DNA of 46,219 bases from Verrucomicrobiota bacterium. GTDB lineage: Bacteria > Verrucomicrobiota > Verrucomicrobiia > Limisphaerales > Palsa-1400. This document shows, one piece after another, positions 44,738 to 46,219 of the stretch. The DNA lies in assembly GCA_049510745.1 (NCBI GenBank), contig JBEKYR010000043.1:1-46219 (forward strand). Direction: 5' to 3'. A program made the position numbers and the translations under genes. Below the pieces are notes generated by a model. It saw only the letters and a list, made by a program, of their open reading frames with translations, was not told the DNA's origin and ran no database searches. How positions within the stretch are numbered: the first letter of the stretch is position 1; the number at the start of each line of letters is the position of its first letter.

Positions 44738-46219
44738 ATGAAATCCCCACTCCGCATTCTGCACTTGGAGGATGATGCGGACGATGCCGCGCTCGTGCAA
44801 TCCACCCTGGAAGCCGAGGGCATCACGTGTGCGATCACCTGCGCGCAAAACCGCGATGCTTTTGTCGCGGCGCTCGAACATGGCGGTGTTGACTTGATCC
44901 TTTCGGATTACACGCTGCCCGGGTTTGATGGGTTGTCCGCGGCGGAAATCGTGCATGCCAAGTGGCCGGCCATACCTTTGATTTTCGTGTCCGGGACGCT
45001 GGGCGAGGAACGGGCCGTTGATTCGCTCAAGAGCGGCGCGACGGATTATGTGCTGAAGGGACATCTCGGCCGGCTCGCTCCGGCGGTGCGCCGCGCCATG
45101 CAGGAAGTCGAAGAGCGGGCGGGGAATCGGCGGACGGAAGAGGCGTTGCGGGAGTCCGAGCAACGGTTACGGATCGTCTTCAGTGAATCGCCCCTGGGGA
45201 TCGCGCTGGTCGGGGTGGATCGCCGTCCAGTCCTGACCAACGCAGCCCTGCAGAAAATGCTCGGCTACACGGGCGAGGAGTTGAGCCGGATGCCCTTCCA
45301 CGATTTGACGCATCCGGACGATCGCGCCAAGGACCTGGAGCTTTACCAGCAATTGATTCAGGGGGCGCGCAGAGGTTACCAAATAGAAAAGCGCTACATC
45401 CGCAAGGACGGCCAGGTGGTTTGGGCGCGTCTCTCGGTGAGCGCGGCGTGCCAGACGGCGGGCCACGCCGAGTTCGCCGTTGGGATGGTCGAGGATATCA
45501 CGGAGCACCGGCAGTTGGAGGCGCAGTTTATCGAAGCGCAAAAGATGGAAGTGATCGGCCAGCTCGCCGGCGGCGTGGCCCATGACTTTAACAACATCCT
45601 CGCCGTCATCATGGGTTACAGCGATTTGGCGATTCAGAGACCAGGCACTGACGAGGCGATCAGAAGTTATCTGGAGACGATCCGGGCGGCGGCCGAGCGC
45701 GCGGCGGGGCTGACCCGGCAACTGCTCATCTTCAGCCGCAAACAGACGGTGCAACCGGTGGTTCTGGACATCAACGAGGTGGTGAAAGACCTGGACAAAA
45801 TGCTGCGGCGGCTCATCGACGAGAACATCGCACTGACGGTTGTCCCCGGAAAACAAATCGGACGCATCAAGGCCGACTCCGGCTACGTCGGACAAGTGCT
45901 GATGAACCTGGTGGTCAATGCCCGCGACGCCATGCCCAACGGCGGCAGGCTCACCATCGCCACAAACGATGCCACGCTCGATGAGAACTACGCGCGCGCC
46001 CACAAGGGGGCCATTCCCGGCGACTACGTGATGTTCAGTGTCAGTGACACGGGAACCGGCATGAGCGAGGAAATCAAAGCGCGCCTGTTCGAGGCGTTTT
46101 TCACCACCAAGCCCAAGGGCAAAGGCACCGGTCTGGGGCTGGCGACCTGCCAGACCATCGTCCAACAATCCGGCGGTTACATCGGCGTTTGCAGTGAGAT
46201 GGGCAAAGGCACGACCTTC
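44738..46219 (+). CDS. Hybrid sensor kinase REC-PAS-HisKA-HATPase (runs off the window; absent from the ORF track)
   Basis: Manual translation: MKSPLRILHLEDD..ILSDYTLP; THPDD..RKDG PAS; LAGGVAHDFNNIL; NLVVNARDAM; FFTTKPKGKGTGLGL. Confidence 0.93.
   Translation, partial: MKSPLRILHLEDDADDAALVQSTLEAEGITCAITCAQNRDAFVAALEHGGVDLILSDYTLPGFDGLSAAEIVHAKWPAIPLIFVSGTLGEERAVDSLKSGATDYVLKGHLGRLAPAVRRAMQEVEERAGNRRTEEALRESEQRLRIVFSESPLGIALVGVDRRPVLTNAALQKMLGYTGEELSRMPFHDLTHPDDRAKDLELYQQLIQGARRGYQIEKRYIRKDGQVVWARLSVSAACQTAGHAEFAVGMVEDITEHRQLEAQFIEAQKMEVIGQLAGGVAHDFNNILAVIMGYSDLAIQRPGTDEAIRSYLETIRAAAERAAGLTRQLLIFSRKQTVQPVVLDINEVVKDLDKMLRRLIDENIALTVVPGKQIGRIKADSGYVGQVLMNLVVNARDAMPNGGRLTIATNDATLDENYARAHKGAIPGDYVMFSVSDTGTGMSEEIKARLFEAFFTTKPKGKGTGLGLATCQTIVQQSGGYIGVCSEMGKGTTF

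Noticed and set aside
1..46219. tRNA, rRNA, integrase, transposase or prophage genes
   Set aside because: None recognised by eye; the island interpretations rest on gene content and remnants only.

Overview
High-GC bacterial chromosomal window, most likely Verrucomicrobiota (PEP-CTERM and VPDSG-CTERM sorting signals, Verrucomicrobia-style giant secreted proteins). Core-like genes: fcl, an ABC-2 exporter with a TPR partner, sahR-like regulator divergent from metK-ahcY, and hrpB. Three accessory blocks are interleaved. (1) 3.5-9.3 kb: a PEP-CTERM protein, a 1508-aa RCC1/Ig/TIGR03790-like protein and an XRE regulator. (2) 17.7-32 kb: a CHASE2-3TM-TIR protein with a SARM1-like TIR domain and intact catalytic Glu, divergent from a FecR-TPR-beta-barrel outer-membrane protein, followed by secreted papain-like/vWA and RCC1/trypsin-like proteins. 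(3) 32-46 kb: leftward stress genes (DUF3185, lmo0937-like, BON, two DUF3494 ice-binding proteins) divergent from a signalling operon (His-less kinase paralogue, NarL-type kinases, kaiC-kaiB-kaiB without kaiA, NarL regulator, PAS kinases). Two candidate undescribed systems stand out. One is a trans-envelope sensor with a TIR NADase output in place of the usual cyclase. The other is a Kai-linked stress regulon marked by a repeated ATGGGGTG..ACCC palindrome lying 21-22 nt upstream of a -10 box at five promoters. All family calls are by eye from motifs; no searches were run.
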